Counted from the stretch's first letter, positions 12,001 through 34,720 are shown. The stretch: 64,000 bases of DNA from Lama guanicoe (GCA_013239625.1 MU054220.1:2851374-2915373); one strand, 5' to 3'. Program-made: numbers and translations. Notes: generated from the sequence alone by a model not told the origin.

Positions 12001-13898
12001 ATCTTAGTATGTAAAGCCGGGCCCAAGCCACTGATGATTTTTGTGTCCCATTACATACAGAAAGAGGAAGTCCAGGTGAGAAGGACCCGTGCACTGACTT
12101 TGAAGCTGGGGGACCTTTGGGGAACATACCACTCTGGCAGGCATTCTGAACACAGTGGCCTTTTCAAAGAATTTATTGTTGAAAACAAGTTCCTTTTTTT
12201 TTTTTTTTTTTTTAAGAAGAGAAACAGAAATTACTTAAATGGAGTTCAGATTTAAAACAAGAACGAGAACAACTAGAGCAGAAGGTGAAACAGCTCAGCA
12301 ATTCTATAAGTGTGAGTAAGCCTTGTGCCTGTGGTGATAGAACAGGGCCTTCCGTGTACGTAACACACGTGGGGCTCTCAAGGGCTGATTCACTCCTTCA
12401 GCGTATTAATGCTGTTAACTTGGGTGGTTGCTGTTTGCCTCCAGTTAGAATTTGCCCTCAGGTTCAGGTGGCCAGTTGGTATATGGTGCCTTAGCCAAGC
12501 TCTGGAGCATTCTCTTGACTTTGATCTGAGAGAAGATTTCAGTCCCCAGGCTGAAAAGATCAAGTAGCCACTACAGCAGCACAGCCACCATCCCTGTGTG
12601 CTCCTGAGCATGTTCAGAGCCAGGGGGTGGGGGTGGGGAGCGTGTGGAGCTGCCTGGCACTGGGCAGGCACAGACCAGGTCTGTGTGTGAATCTTCCCAG
12701 TCACCCTAGCTAGTGGGTCCACCCTCCTGTCCCCTCTTCCACACCCTGCAGATTGCCTTTCTGGGTTCTCCTGAGCAGCCTGAGAAAGTAGGGTTTCTAG
12801 AGACAAGAATTGGAAGTAAATACTACCCAGCCTGGCTGAGCAGGTGGGAAAGAGGGTTGTATCTGCAGCAGGGATTCAGAGGCTTTTCCCCCAGGAGCAG
12901 GCTCTCTTTTCCATTGAATAGGTACCCTTGTTGGAGTGAGGTGGCCTCAGTCCTCATGGATGCCAGGTGGTGCCCTGGACTTTGGTGGCAGTCGTGCTGT
13001 CCCTCCTCATCATACTGCCCATGGCTGGCAGGTTCACATCTCTTTCTGTGCCTAGAACAGAAGCCAGTACAAAAGGGCAAGAGACTACAAGTTCATGACT
13101 GAGCAGAAGGGCTTCTGCTGGCTGTGGCCTTTGATTCTCCTAAATATCACTGTCCTGTCCTGGGCTCTGCCTCTTAATTTCTTGCTGAACGAATGAGCCT
13201 CAGTAGGCCCTCAGATTTAATCCAGGTACCATCGGCTTGTTTTCTTCCCCCTGGAAAGCTCAGTCCAGTCCTGAGCATCTCAGCACCATTAGCAAGATAG
13301 AAGCATACCCAGACCTGCCCAGACCATCTTCAGCACCGCTGTAGGAACCTTTTTTTCTTAATACCTTTTCACTTTGTAGTATTATAGTGGTAATTCATAT
13401 CTGGTTTTAAGTCCTCATGTCAAGTAGAGTTGGCTTTTAAACCACTCACTTGCCCCCTCTTGGCTCCTGGGCTGCCTACTTCCCTTGGGTAGCAGCACCC
13501 ACTCCAGTGAGGAGCAGAACGAGGTCTAGGGGCTGCACACCAGCCAACAGGGATTCTTTTATCTGGAGAGGGCAGCCCCAGGCCTGTGAGAAAAGCTGAA
13601 GGCTCAGTGCCACTGCCCTTCTCATTGGCTGCAGAAATGCATGGAAATGAAGAACACCATCCTGGCCCGGCAGAAGGAGATGCACAGCTCCCTGGAGAAG
13701 GTAAAACAGCTGATCCGCCTCATCCACGGCATCGACCTCTCCAAACCTGTAGACTCTGAGGCCACTGTGGGGGCCGTCTCCAATGGCCCGGACTGCACCC
13801 CCCCTGCCAACGCTGCCACCTCCACGCCAGCCCCCTCCCCCTCCTCCTCCTCCCAGAGCTGCACAGCGAACTGTAACCAGGGGGAAGAGACTAAATAA
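55..13898 (+). CDS. PHF21A: PHD finger protein 21A (BHC80), 3' part; gene starts upstream of the window. Exons: 55-106, 857-936, 1406-1466, [3958-3980 OR 4054-4217], 10090-10245, 11458-11533, 12217-12311, 13635-13898(TAA)
   Basis: AG/GT-bounded exons splice in phase to [29 protein letters not shown]...[13 protein letters not shown] (AT-hook)...[52 protein letters not shown] (PHD finger)...coiled coil...CNQGEETK*, recognisable as PHF21A. Confidence 0.97.
3958..3980 (+). CDS. PHF21A: PHF21A 23-nt alternative (neuronal) microexon encoding (A)NEEHWPK, mutually exclusive with the AT-hook exon 4054-4217
   Basis: ttccatgctag|CCAATGAGGAACACTGGCCAAAG|gtatgt; same phase-1 start and phase-0 end as exon 4054-4217; matches the recalled [18 protein letters not shown] isoform. 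Confidence 0.92.
4656..4806 (+). mobile_element. tRNA-Ala-derived SINE (Vic-1-like, camelid type)
   Basis: GGGAGGGTATAGCTCAGTGGTAGAG (A box)...GGTTCAATCCC (B box), A-rich tail, perfect 15-bp TSD TAAAGCAGCTTTATT at 4641-4655 and 4807-4821. Confidence 0.9.
4945..5450 (-). mobile_element. L2 LINE 3' fragment (boundaries approximate); appears to continue at ~6290-6625
   Basis: Degenerate L2-like motifs (attcactcagcagatactgagcac, ctgccctcaggaagctc, gggctttaagaagaggagtaacat), recognised by eye. Confidence 0.55.
5451..6290 (-). mobile_element. Old L1M-type 3' end fragment interrupting the L2 (approximate)
   Basis: Starts with tttttattttgaaatttttcatatctacagaaaagt..., resembling antisense L1MC/L1MD 3' ends. 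Confidence 0.5.
6291..6625 (-). mobile_element. L2 LINE fragment (continuation, approximate)
   Basis: ccagttaggacgctgttgcagtcatccaggcaag and ttttggcctaaacaacaggaaggatgaagctgccatttactg are L2-like motifs. Confidence 0.55.
7911..8360. mobile_element. Non-autonomous hAT-Charlie-type DNA transposon remnant
   Basis: Terminal inverted repeats CAGTAGTTCTCAAA (7911) and TTAAGAACTGCTG (ending 8360), AT-rich interior, flanks ctatggg / ctgtggg resemble a decayed TSD. Confidence 0.6.
11628..11715 (+). mobile_element. Short L1 3'-region fragment
   Basis: agccagaaagagaaagaaaaatgccatatgatatcacttatatgtggaatct resembles the L1 copies at 27187-27875 and 54227-55045. Confidence 0.65.
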
Positions 13899-16800
13899 CA
13901 GAGCCCCGCTAGGAGAAGCCACGGGATCCCGGCGGCAAGGAGAGCAAAACACTGAAGACTCTAGAAAAGCAAAGCCGGATTTCTTCTGGAAAGTACAGAA
14001 TTCTTTTGGTTCTTTGGTTCCAGAGAGAGAGAAGATGCTTGTGCCAGGTGGCACCAGAGTTTGCCAATTGATCCTTCTTATTCTGTGTGTACATGCAAAG
14101 ATTGGACCATGTTACATGAAATAGTGCCAGCTGGAGGTTCTTTGCCAGCACCATGCCAAGTGAAATAATATATTTACTCTCTCTATTATACACCAGTGTG
14201 TGCCTGCAGCAGCCTCCACAGCCACGATGGGTTTGTTTTTGTTTTGTTGGGTGGGGAGCAGGGACGGGCGGAGGGAGGAAAGCAGGTTTCAGATCCTTAT
14301 TTGCCGAGCCGTTTGTTTAGGTAGAGAAGACAAGTCCAAAGAGTGTGTGGGCTTTCCTGTTTCTAAACTTTCACTACTATAAAACCAAAAAGAGGAAATC
14401 GAGATTTAACCAACCCAGTGCCCAGAGGAGGGATGGGGAGGGAGTGGGAGGGAGCCGGGGTGGGAAAAGTATATCGAATAAGCAGTATTTCATATTGTCT
14501 GGGGCGGGCATGGTGCACGGAGAGATGGACACCAAGAACAGCCACCGGCTGCTTCTCTGGAGCGCTCCGCTCCCCCGCCTTGGACGCCCCCACCCTCCCC
14601 AAGTTCCTTCCCTGCTGTGGCACGTGGGCACCATCCCCGCGGACGATCCGGTTACCTTCCCTCTCCAAGAACAAGCAGAATCAGGCCTCAGGTGGCCCTT
14701 GCCCGGGGCAGGGAAGAAGGGTGTGTGTGTCGAGGAAGGAAAAAAGGTGGATCAGTGATTTTACTTGAAAACAAGCTCCATCCCTTTTCTATATTTATAA
14801 GAAGAGAAGATCCTGAGTGAAGCAGCACGCGACCCAGGTGTGTGTGTATTGAATGGAGACGTTTCTTTTCTTTTTTGTTTTTGTTTTTGTTTTTTTTTGT
14901 TTTTTGTTCTTTTTTCCTTTAAAAGAAGTTTTATTTTGTTGTTTATTTTACTTTTTTGGTAACAAAAACTAAAATAAGGAATAGAAAAGCTGTTTTTCAG
15001 GCTGACAGTCCAATTAAGGGTAGTCGAGACCTTGCATGGTAGAATAGGAATCATAGTGTCAGTGAGGTCAGTGAGTCTGTGTGAGTCCTTGTGTCATCGT
15101 TCGGGGCACTGTTTTTTTATGCAAGGGCAAAAATCTTTGTATCTGGGGAAAAAAAACAACTTTTTTTTAAATTGAAAAGGAAAATAAAAGATATTGAGGT
15201 CTTCCTAGTGTTACTTAAATTAAGATCAAGGTAAGAAACATTGTAAAAAAAATTACAAAAGTGCTATTTGTTTCCTAAAAACAGTGATTTCTATTAAAAA
15301 AGTGTCAGAACTGGAGAAAATGCTGTGTAGTTATAATTTTTTAGCACAGAACCTGCTGATCATGATGACATTTTGCTGTGTTTGTGTCTCAGGACTGGTG
15401 GGCTAGTCTCCGTGATTTCTGTCCTCCGGATGGCTGCAGCCCTGAAGGGCAGGGGCAGAGCCCTCCCACCATCCTCCCCTCCTCAGAAAAGACTGTCCTC
15501 TCTTCTTGGTGCAGGGATCTGGGCTCCTGTTTCTGAAGCCCAAATGGAGTGTGGGACGGTATCAAGGCCCCACCTGTTGTCTCCTCAGATTTTGCTAGAG
15601 CAGAAGGCTGGTGCCTAAACAAGATCCCTTCCTTTGGTGCTGCTCTTGGTCTTTCAGCCACCAGCATTTTGAGTGCCTGGGGGACAACTTTGAAGGAAAT
15701 GAAGAGTGAAGCTCTTTGGTGCCCATGTACCCTGGCCTTGGTGGAAGGGTACAGGGGGCAGGCTGGCTGCATCAGCCCTTGGTGCTCAGAAAGAACAAAG
15801 GAGTGAGATGTCTTGAGGGTACATGGTGTTTCTGAGACAGAGAGCCCCAGGGTGGCCTTTGTGTCTTCTTGCCTTTGAAGAGAGTCTTGAATCTCCAGCC
15901 GCTTTCTCTGCCTGCTGGCTCCAGGCTCTACTTTGCCCACCCATAAGCTTCCTAGATGACCTTTGGCTAGAATTGCTGTGTTTGCCTTGGCTTGGCCTGT
16001 CTCCTAGAGAAAACCAGGGTTCTGAAAGGCTCCGACCATTTCCATCATCTTGCCTTGTGGGAAGTAAATTTTGTCAGGTGTGGGCTCCTGCTGGAGACCT
16101 CTGCCCAGTGTGTGCTTCTGGCTACAGGAAGGAGGCAGTGGCTCTGCACCGCATCGCTCCCGGAGCCTCTCTCCCCAGCCCACCCAATGCCCCGTAACAG
16201 CCAGAGCTGAGGAAGGGCAGAATGGTCCCATTAGTTTCCCCCTCACCTAATTAGGCCCAGAGATGGATCCCGAAAGCAGCTGCAGCAGAGAGACACTTCT
16301 TAAGTAAAACATGTCTCATCTCCACCACCCATTTCTGTCCACTTGCCCTGGATGTTGGAAGAGGGGATTGAGAGGGGCTGCACAGGCCTGAGCCAGGACC
16401 TGGCTGCAGGGTTTCCTGAGAGGGAAAGAAAGGAGCTCCCTATTCTCATGCAAAAACCAAGGTGCTAAGTCTAGTTAGGGAGCTTTGGGAGATGCCCGGA
16501 CTAGTTGGAGGAATAGTTGGCCGAGGTTCGGGCGCTCAGAGGAAGGCTGCACGTTCTGTCTTAGAGCTCTCTCATTTGACTTGTCTTGGCCGGGAGGCTG
16601 GGGCTGCCAGGTAATACCTGTCTTCTTGAAAGAAGTTGGGAAACTATCATCACTAGAGGCCTTCTGCTCAGAAAGGAACTGCCTGGGGGATTCTCAAGGG
16701 TAGGGGGCAGGGCTAGAGTTGACCAGGGGTTTGCTAGCTTCTGTGAGCAGTCACGCTCTGACCTTGTCTCAGATTGGGGTATGGGTCTTTCCTCAGGTTC

Positions 16801-18530
16801 AGGTGTCAGCTGTTTTGCAGGTCAGCTAATATGGAGTAAAAAATGCAACCCTGCCCCGAAACCTGCATTCTGGACTAAGAGTCCCAAACACCCCTTACGG
16901 CAAAGAAAGGGCCCTAGTCTCCTCCTCCACTTCCCACCAAGAGAAAACCACCCCTCCGTCCCTCCAGACCTGTGGGTCCCCGTGACCACCTGAGACGCAC
17001 ATTCATGATTGCACCCCACCCCAGCTGCCTCCTCCTCCTCCTTCTCCCTCCTTCTCTTCTGCTGCTTTTTCCCCCTGACCAACACATCTGAGAGCAGCTG
17101 GCTTGCAGGCACTTCAAAGGCCAGGGAGTGGCTGGTCTGGGACAAGGGAGGAGCTGCCCACGGGGCTCTGGGTCAGGAGGCCCCTTGTCAGTCCTGTGAC
17201 TCAGGTGCAGTGCCCTGGAGGCAATGAGGTCACGTTGCTGTCATCATCCCTGCTCACGCTCTTGCCAGTGTGGCCTGTAGGTCCTTTTTCTTTCAGGAAG
17301 CCTGCTGGGTCTTGTCTCACCTCTGCTCAGCTCATTGAGTTCTGCTTTCTTCCTTCCTTATCTGGCCCTTTGGAGGCAAGCCTGCTGGTTGTGCCTGGCA
17401 GGGAGACCCGGCTCGGGGCAGCCCCTCATGGGCCTTATCTATGACACGGCCACAGCAGCCTCCAGCTGGCCTATAGGGCCTGCCTTTGCCCCTGCTGCTG
17501 CTTGGCTCAGGCTCAACAGGCAGAGTGGTCGAAGTCGCTTGGCCCCTGCCTCTCCCATCCTGGTGACTGTGTTTCCAGCTCACCTCAGTCTTGGCATGTG
17601 AGCTGCCTCTCCAGCCATCTCTGCCACTTGCTCTCTTGGGCCCAGCAGAGGCTTTTGGGCACTCGTCCCAACCCACAACTCACACAACGCACTCAAAGTG
17701 GTTTCCTCCCTTCACTCCCTTTTAGGGTGTGGTCTGTCTTATTTATCCAAAGGGCTTAATTTAGGAAACTTTTACCCCAGGGGCAAAAGGCTCTTCGGTA
17801 GTAGGATGGATGGTGGCCCAGCTACATTTTTCAGGCCCTGGGTTCTCCATATTTCATGGTTTCTGTTGGATGGAGGCAGCCTTGCTCTGTGTAAAAGACT
17901 GTGGGCCTCACCCCCACCCCTCAGCTGGGCACCCTTGGCAGGAAACAGGAGACCCATTCTCACTCTGACTTACAGCTGTCCTCAGTGTCAGCTCTTTTCC
18001 AAGTGAGGGGTGGCCCCTGAGAAGATTCCTCTGGCCCTCCCACGGAGTGAACAGGAGGAAGCTGGGGGGTGAGGGGGTACCCCTGCAGAGAGCCTGGGTA
18101 GAACTCTTGAATAGCCTTTGTAAAGGAAGAGCAGGGCTCACAAATTCCACTTCACTCTTCCCTCCCACAAGCCCTTCTTCCCTGAGGACTCGGTCCCCCA
18201 CGGCAGCCTCTGGCCCCTGCTCCTCTCTCGTGTCGTTGGGTCCTCAGCCCAGGGTAAGCTGCAGTCAGGCAGGACAGGACAGGCAGCCGGAGGTCAGCAA
18301 GCTCTGAGCATAAAAGAGCCAGCCAGCCCCCAACCTGTCTCTTGTCCACGCCCTTTGTGATTTCAGTCTTGGTAGAACTTGTATTTGGAGTTTTGTGCTT
18401 CAAAGTTTTTGTTTTTGTTTGTTTGATTTTTGTTTTGAGGGGGTGGGGGGGATTCAGAGCAGCTGATCAATTTGTATTTATTTATTTTAACATTTTACTA
18501 AATAAAGCCAAATAAAGTCTCTCAGACTCA
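13899..18530 (+). other. PHF21A: PHF21A 3'UTR with proximal (AATAAA 15183, ATTAAA 15293) and distal (AATAAA 18501, 18511) poly(A) signals
   Basis: Follows the TAA at 13896-13898; U-rich blocks; tandem AATAAA followed by a GT-rich stretch near 18530. Confidence 0.7.
18501..18516 (+). terminator. Distal tandem poly(A) signals of PHF21A
   Basis: AATAAAgccaAATAAA with upstream U-rich/TGTA element and downstream tggttttgggtttgggg. Confidence 0.75.
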
Positions 18531-18934
18531 TGGTTTTGGGTTTGGGGCAGGGGAGGGTAGACAAGACACACTCCAGTCCCGGCCTCCTTGGGAGGGTCTG
18601 GCCAGATTCAGCACCTCCTCGAGCCCACTAACGCCCTCATGCCCCAGACCAGGAGGAACATGAAAAGGAGCCATTAACACTTACTTACGAAAAAAGGGTG
18701 TTAGAATTGAGGAAACAGGAATCAGCCCCAAGCCAGCTGGGGCAGAGCAACACTACAGCATAGTCCCAGCCATAGAACAGCAGCCAAGGGGGGCCCCAGA
18801 CCCACCCCACAGATGCTCCATCACAACCCTTCCCACAAAGACCTTAAATAATTTAAATAGCAGGGAGGGTAGGGTGCTGGCAGGTTGCTCCAGTGTCTGC
18901 AGGGAGTGTGTGAGAGCCAAGGGCAGGGGTGAGG

Positions 18935-23901
<4,967 letters not shown>

Positions 23902-24459
23902 GGCCACCTCCGGGGGGTGCTCAGGGTGGGGCGCGACCTCGAGCTATGGGCTCCATTGCAGGCCCTGTGGACCGGGAAGGGAGAGGAGGGTCGGCCTAGG
24001 GCAGCGGGGCCCGACGGCCACCCGATCTACTCTCCCGCGCTGAATAGCCTTCTCACCTGCTCCAGCAGTTTGCGGGCCCCGACCTTACTCTTTCAGTAGC
24101 CAGCTGGGGTGCAGGGAAAGGGGAGGTGGAGGCGCAGTCCTGCCCCGTCTGAGCAGGAGCCAGCCCCGCCCCCAACCTGGGTTCAGGTTTCACCTCCGCT
24201 AGGCTGAGCCCGAAGGGGCGGGGAGACCCCCCTGGGGGAGGGGGAGGGCTGGTCCCGCCCCTGCCCTGGCTTCCGAAGGCCCCCTCCAGCAGGGTAAGAA
24301 ACCTGGGAACCCTCAGGACAGCTGGAGGGCTTGGGGGCAGCCTTCCAGGAAGGACCAGCCCCAAATACCTGCGCTGAGCCCATCCCCCTCTCCCCTGCTC
24401 TGTGACCCCATCTCCACCCCTTTACCTTCCCCTGGGGAAGGGTCCGTGACCCTGGCCCG

Positions 24460-24469
24460 AGATCAAAGG
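24460..24469 (+). promoter_or_regulatory. TCF/LEF (Wnt-responsive) consensus site in the LARGE2 5' region
   Basis: AGATCAAAGG is a full match to the TCF/LEF consensus; LARGE2 is recalled as a Wnt/TCF7L2 target. Confidence 0.55.
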
Positions 24470-27186
24470 AATGGCCTGAGTGAGAGGGAGGGGGCTAGAT
24501 TGGAATGCGGGCCTCGGGCATCTAGGACACCTGCTCTAGGGGTGGGAGGCGGGAGGTGGGGCCCTAACAAGACCTGCCCGGAGCCGCGGAGCACCTGGAG
24601 TCCCCCGCTTTCCTCCCGGTCTGCTCCACCCCCGTTCAGTCCAGGTGGCCCGGTGACACAGAGTGGCCTTGTGAAGGTCGCCTCCTGCCCGGGAATTGTA
24701 AGGGGCCTCACTCACACGGCCCACCTGGGCCTCCTGGGCAGGGCAGGGGATCCCCTACCCTTGCCTAGACCGTAGTGGTGATTGTGCCTGGCTCCTGGCC
24801 TGGATCTCTTCCTCTGCCATCCACACCACCCCCTTTCCTCAGAGGGCCCCAGCCAGGCCTCCGCAGGCCCTGGAGGAGGTGGTGGCACCCTGGACCGTGA
24901 ACGAGAACAGTCACGGCTGACTGAGCGTATACTCTGCACCCAGGCCCTGTGCTGAGGTTCCACAGCCTCATCTCAGTGAACCCTCACCTCAGCCGTGTGA
25001 CACAGGTATTATTTTCCCCGGAGAGCTGAAGTGACCCATTAGAACACCCTCCTGTCCTTCCCCAGGCTCTACCCTGCAGTTTCCGAGCTGCTCCTCCATA
25101 GAGGCTTCCTGCCCTAGGACTTGTCCTTGAAGTTCCTTCTGCCTGGATTCTGTCAGATTCTCACAAGGTAGGCTCCTCTCCCCGCATCCCTTGCTTTATT
25201 GTTTTCTTAGCACTCCTTGTAAGGGGACCTTGCTGACTTAATTACAGCCCATGTCCCCCCTAGAAGGTAGCTGCTCACCAGACTGGGTCCCCAGCATCCA
25301 ACCAGGGCCTGGCACATACCTAGCACTCAGTATGTGCTGAACCCGATGGGACCCAGTGGGCCCCACCATAACCTAGAAAGGGGCTCAGGTGGTATCCATT
25401 AGCCCAGCTTCCAGGTATAAAAAATGAAGGTCTTAGAGGCCCTAACCCCAAAATAAGCTGTGGCAAAGCAGCCCAGCCTGAGAGTCCCCCACCGCCAGAT
25501 CTCCTCTAAGAGGCCAAAATGCCCTTCTGTGGGAAATGGGGGTCTGCCAGGAAGGTCTGGTTTTGGGCCTTTGGAGGCCAGGGGCAACGGTTACCATGGA
25601 GACTGAGGAGGCTCCTCATACATCTGAGAATTGAGAGCAGATGAGGGGATGCAGGGGCCATCTAGGCATCTGGAGTTTTGAACCTCCAGTCCCCCGACCC
25701 TCATCTCTAGCCTGGAGCTGGGGTGGGTGTGGGTGAATCCCTCCCTAAGACCCTCAACAGAGACTGTCATGGGGGTTAAATGTGAAAGAGCAGATAAGGC
25801 ATACAGTGAGGGCCTGATCAGGGCATTTCTGGCGGGGAGCTGGGTCTGTGAGTGACCAGAGTGACTGGTCACTCACAATGCTGGCCCCACCCCTTGATCA
25901 ACCTTACCACTCAGGGGAAATTGAGGTGCCAAGATGCTTACTGGTCCTCCAAGAGCTTCTTCTGGGACGTGGAGGTGGGAAAGGAGATAGTTATGGGCAT
26001 ATGAAAGGGTGCTGATCTTCTAGACCTGAGACCCAGTTTGGCCCAGCTCTGCCCAGGACTTTGCTGTGTGACCTTGAACAAATCAGGCCCCCACTCTGGA
26101 CCTCAGTATCCTCATCTTTACCTGTTGGACTGGTCTAGCTCTCTTCCACTGTGGTGCAGGACAGAGTGAAGGAGGAAGGATCAGGTCCAACCTGCCCAAC
26201 CAGGTGACTAAGTCCAGGCAAGGGCCCAGTAGAGGGGCTGTCCTAGGTGCCTCCTGCACACATGACCACTCTGTCTCTGGGACCTAATCAGGCATGGGAT
26301 CTGAAGAGGTAATTCAGGCAGCCAGGTTGCTGCCAGCCAGGCTGGGCCCATGATCCCCTCCCAGTCCTGAAGGAGGCAAAAGAAACAGGCTCCAACCCCA
26401 GCACCCCTCATATTCTGTCCAAGATGGGGAGGGTGCTCCTTTGTCCTCCCTGCCTCTCTCCTCCCCAGAAGCACAGGACCACCAGCCCTAGGAGTGCAAA
26501 AGAAACCTCACAGTCCCCTTCCTCACTTTCTCCACAGCCACAGAGGGAGAGGCTGGAGGAATATCACTGGTAAGATCTGGGAACAAGTTCATTAAGATGC
26601 TGGGATGTGAGGAGGAAGGGAGGAAGAACCCCACACCAAAAGCCCTGAGCCCTGGTCTTAATCTCAGTTGCTAATTTGGCTCGTGACTAAGTGGTCTCAA
26701 CAGTCACTGCTTTTGCTGGGCTGTGGGCAGTAGGATAGAGGGCACTGCTACGGGAGACTCTCACTGTGGTCTGTTTGGCTAATGCCATGCTGTGTGACCT
26801 GAGACAAGTCTTTTCCCCTTCGTGGGCCTCTTATTCCCTATCTGTGAAAAGGAGTTCAAACCAACTAGGCCATGTTGCTAGCAGGAGTTGATTATGAGTA
26901 AGCCTGGCTTTGAGGAGGTGGTGAAAAATGATGTAGATGATGCCCAGTGCCACCTCCTCTATTCTCCAGGACCTTTACCTTTCCTGAGGTCCAGGACACA
27001 TCTCCCTGGGTTTTCATTCCTTGGAATGAGTAGGGAGGGCAGTTATGATTTCCCACCTGGTATAGAAGAAAACTAAGCTGGGGAGGAGGCTTGGGGAAGG
27101 GGGTGCAAGGAGGGGCTGTGGTTTCTTGGTGAGGTGTGTTAAAATGCCTAGATTCTGTGGTCAGACTAGACCAGGATTCCAATCTT

Positions 27187-27875
27187 TTTTTTTTTTAACT
27201 GAAGTATAGTCAGTTACAGTGTGTCAATTTCTGGTGTACAGCATAATGTCCCAGTGATGCATATACATATATATTTATTTTCATTTTCATTAAAGGTTAT
27301 TACAAGATATTGAATATAGTTCCCTGTGCCATACAGAAGAAATCTGTTTTTTTAATCTATTTTTATATATAGTGGTTAACATTGGCAAATCTCAAACTCC
27401 CAAATTTATCCCTTCCCACCCCATTTCCCCAGTAACCATAGACTGTTTACTATGTCTTTGAATCTGTTTCTTTTGTAGATGAGTTCATTAGTGGCCCCCT
27501 TCCCACCCCTTTTTTTTTTTTAGTTTCCACAAAAGTGTTTTTTTTTTTCTTTTTCGGGTTTATTTCATTTAAAACGACGTATTCTTTCTCTTTCTGGCTT
27601 ACTTCACTTAGAACGACGATCTCCAGGTCCATCCATGTTGCTGCAAATGGCATTATTTTATTCTTTTTTTATTGCTGAGTAGTATTCCATTGTATAAATA
27701 TATCACAACTTCTTTAGCCAGTCATCTGTCGATGGACATTTAAGCTGCTTCCATGCCTTGGCCACTGTAAATAGTGCTGCTATGAACATTAGGGTGCATG
27801 TATGTATCTTTTCAAGTTAGAGTTCCCTCTAAATATGCCCATGAGTGGGATTGCTGAATCATATAGTAAGTCTAT
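27187..27875 (-). mobile_element. 5'-truncated L1 (ORF2 C-terminus remnant, 3'UTR, poly-A)
   Basis: Poly-T start, ORF remnant [24 protein letters not shown], perfect 15-bp TSD CAGGATTCCAATCTT at 27172-27186 and 27876-27890. Confidence 0.93.
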
Positions 27876-28719
27876 CAGGATTCCAATCTTGACTGGGCGT
27901 TTTTAAGCAGATCCTTTCCTCACGTGGTGGAGGGGATTAGGTAAAATAATGCAGTGCTATTCTCAGAATAAGGTAAAACTGCCGCCCCAGTCTGGGACCG
28001 CGCAGCTCCACCGCCCCATCCATGCCCCACCCCTTTGCCCACAGCCAATCAGCGGCTACCTTTCCGGAGCGTCCGTTCCCAACACATCAAGTCGCTCCTT
28101 TCCCGCCGCTGCCCCTTCTAAGGAGTCTACTCCGTTTGGGAAGAGATTCCCTGTAGTAGCCCCAAACCCTTGGGAATCTTTTGAGGACCGGAAGGTGCAC
28201 CCGAAGGCAGAAAAGCGCTTGAGATGGATCGCGAGTTCAAGGACCAAGTTCTGCCCTCTAACAATTTTACAGCTGGGGAAACCTGAGGTCCAGAGAAGGG
28301 AAAATCCTGATCAAGGTCACCCCGAACCGAGAGCAGAAGCCCAGGCCAGGGTTTTCTCCGTGGCGGTGGGAGTGCAGGTGCGCACTCTTTGTGGGGCGCA
28401 ATCCATGCAGGAGCTTGGGGCCAAAGCCAGGGAACTAACGGTGCTGGCCAAGGAAATAGTGACTGCATAGGAGGCTGGACTCCTTGCTGCCTCAGTTTCC
28501 ACAGCACTACCTCTGGTGGGGGTCAGGAGACGAGGCAATTGGCCAAATATGTGCCTGAACAGAGTCCGGCTGTCCTTAGACTGTCCCCGCACTTCCCAAC
28601 GTCCAATGGAGAATCTTTACTGCAAGCTACCTCCGAGTCCTTTAAAATCCAGTCCTCCCGTTCGAGCCTCTCGGCGTTCTATTGGAAAGACTATGCTCTT
28701 GGTCCCTCTAGAATGAACT

Positions 28720-34611
<5,892 letters not shown>

Positions 34612-34714
34612 CAGACACTCCGCGAGTAGGGTGTGGGGAGGGGCAGGGTGGCAGGCTCTGCTGCTGTGGGCAGGGGGTACTTCAGCCTTTCAGACCCCTG
34701 GGCCCCTCTGCCCT

Positions 34715-34720
34715 AATAAA
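34715..34720 (+). terminator. PEX16 poly(A) signal
   Basis: AATAAA about 100 nt after the stop codon. Confidence 0.7.

Noticed and set aside
13476..14124. 192-aa antisense and 113-aa alternative-frame ORFs
   Set aside because: Shadows of the GC-rich PHF21A last coding exon.
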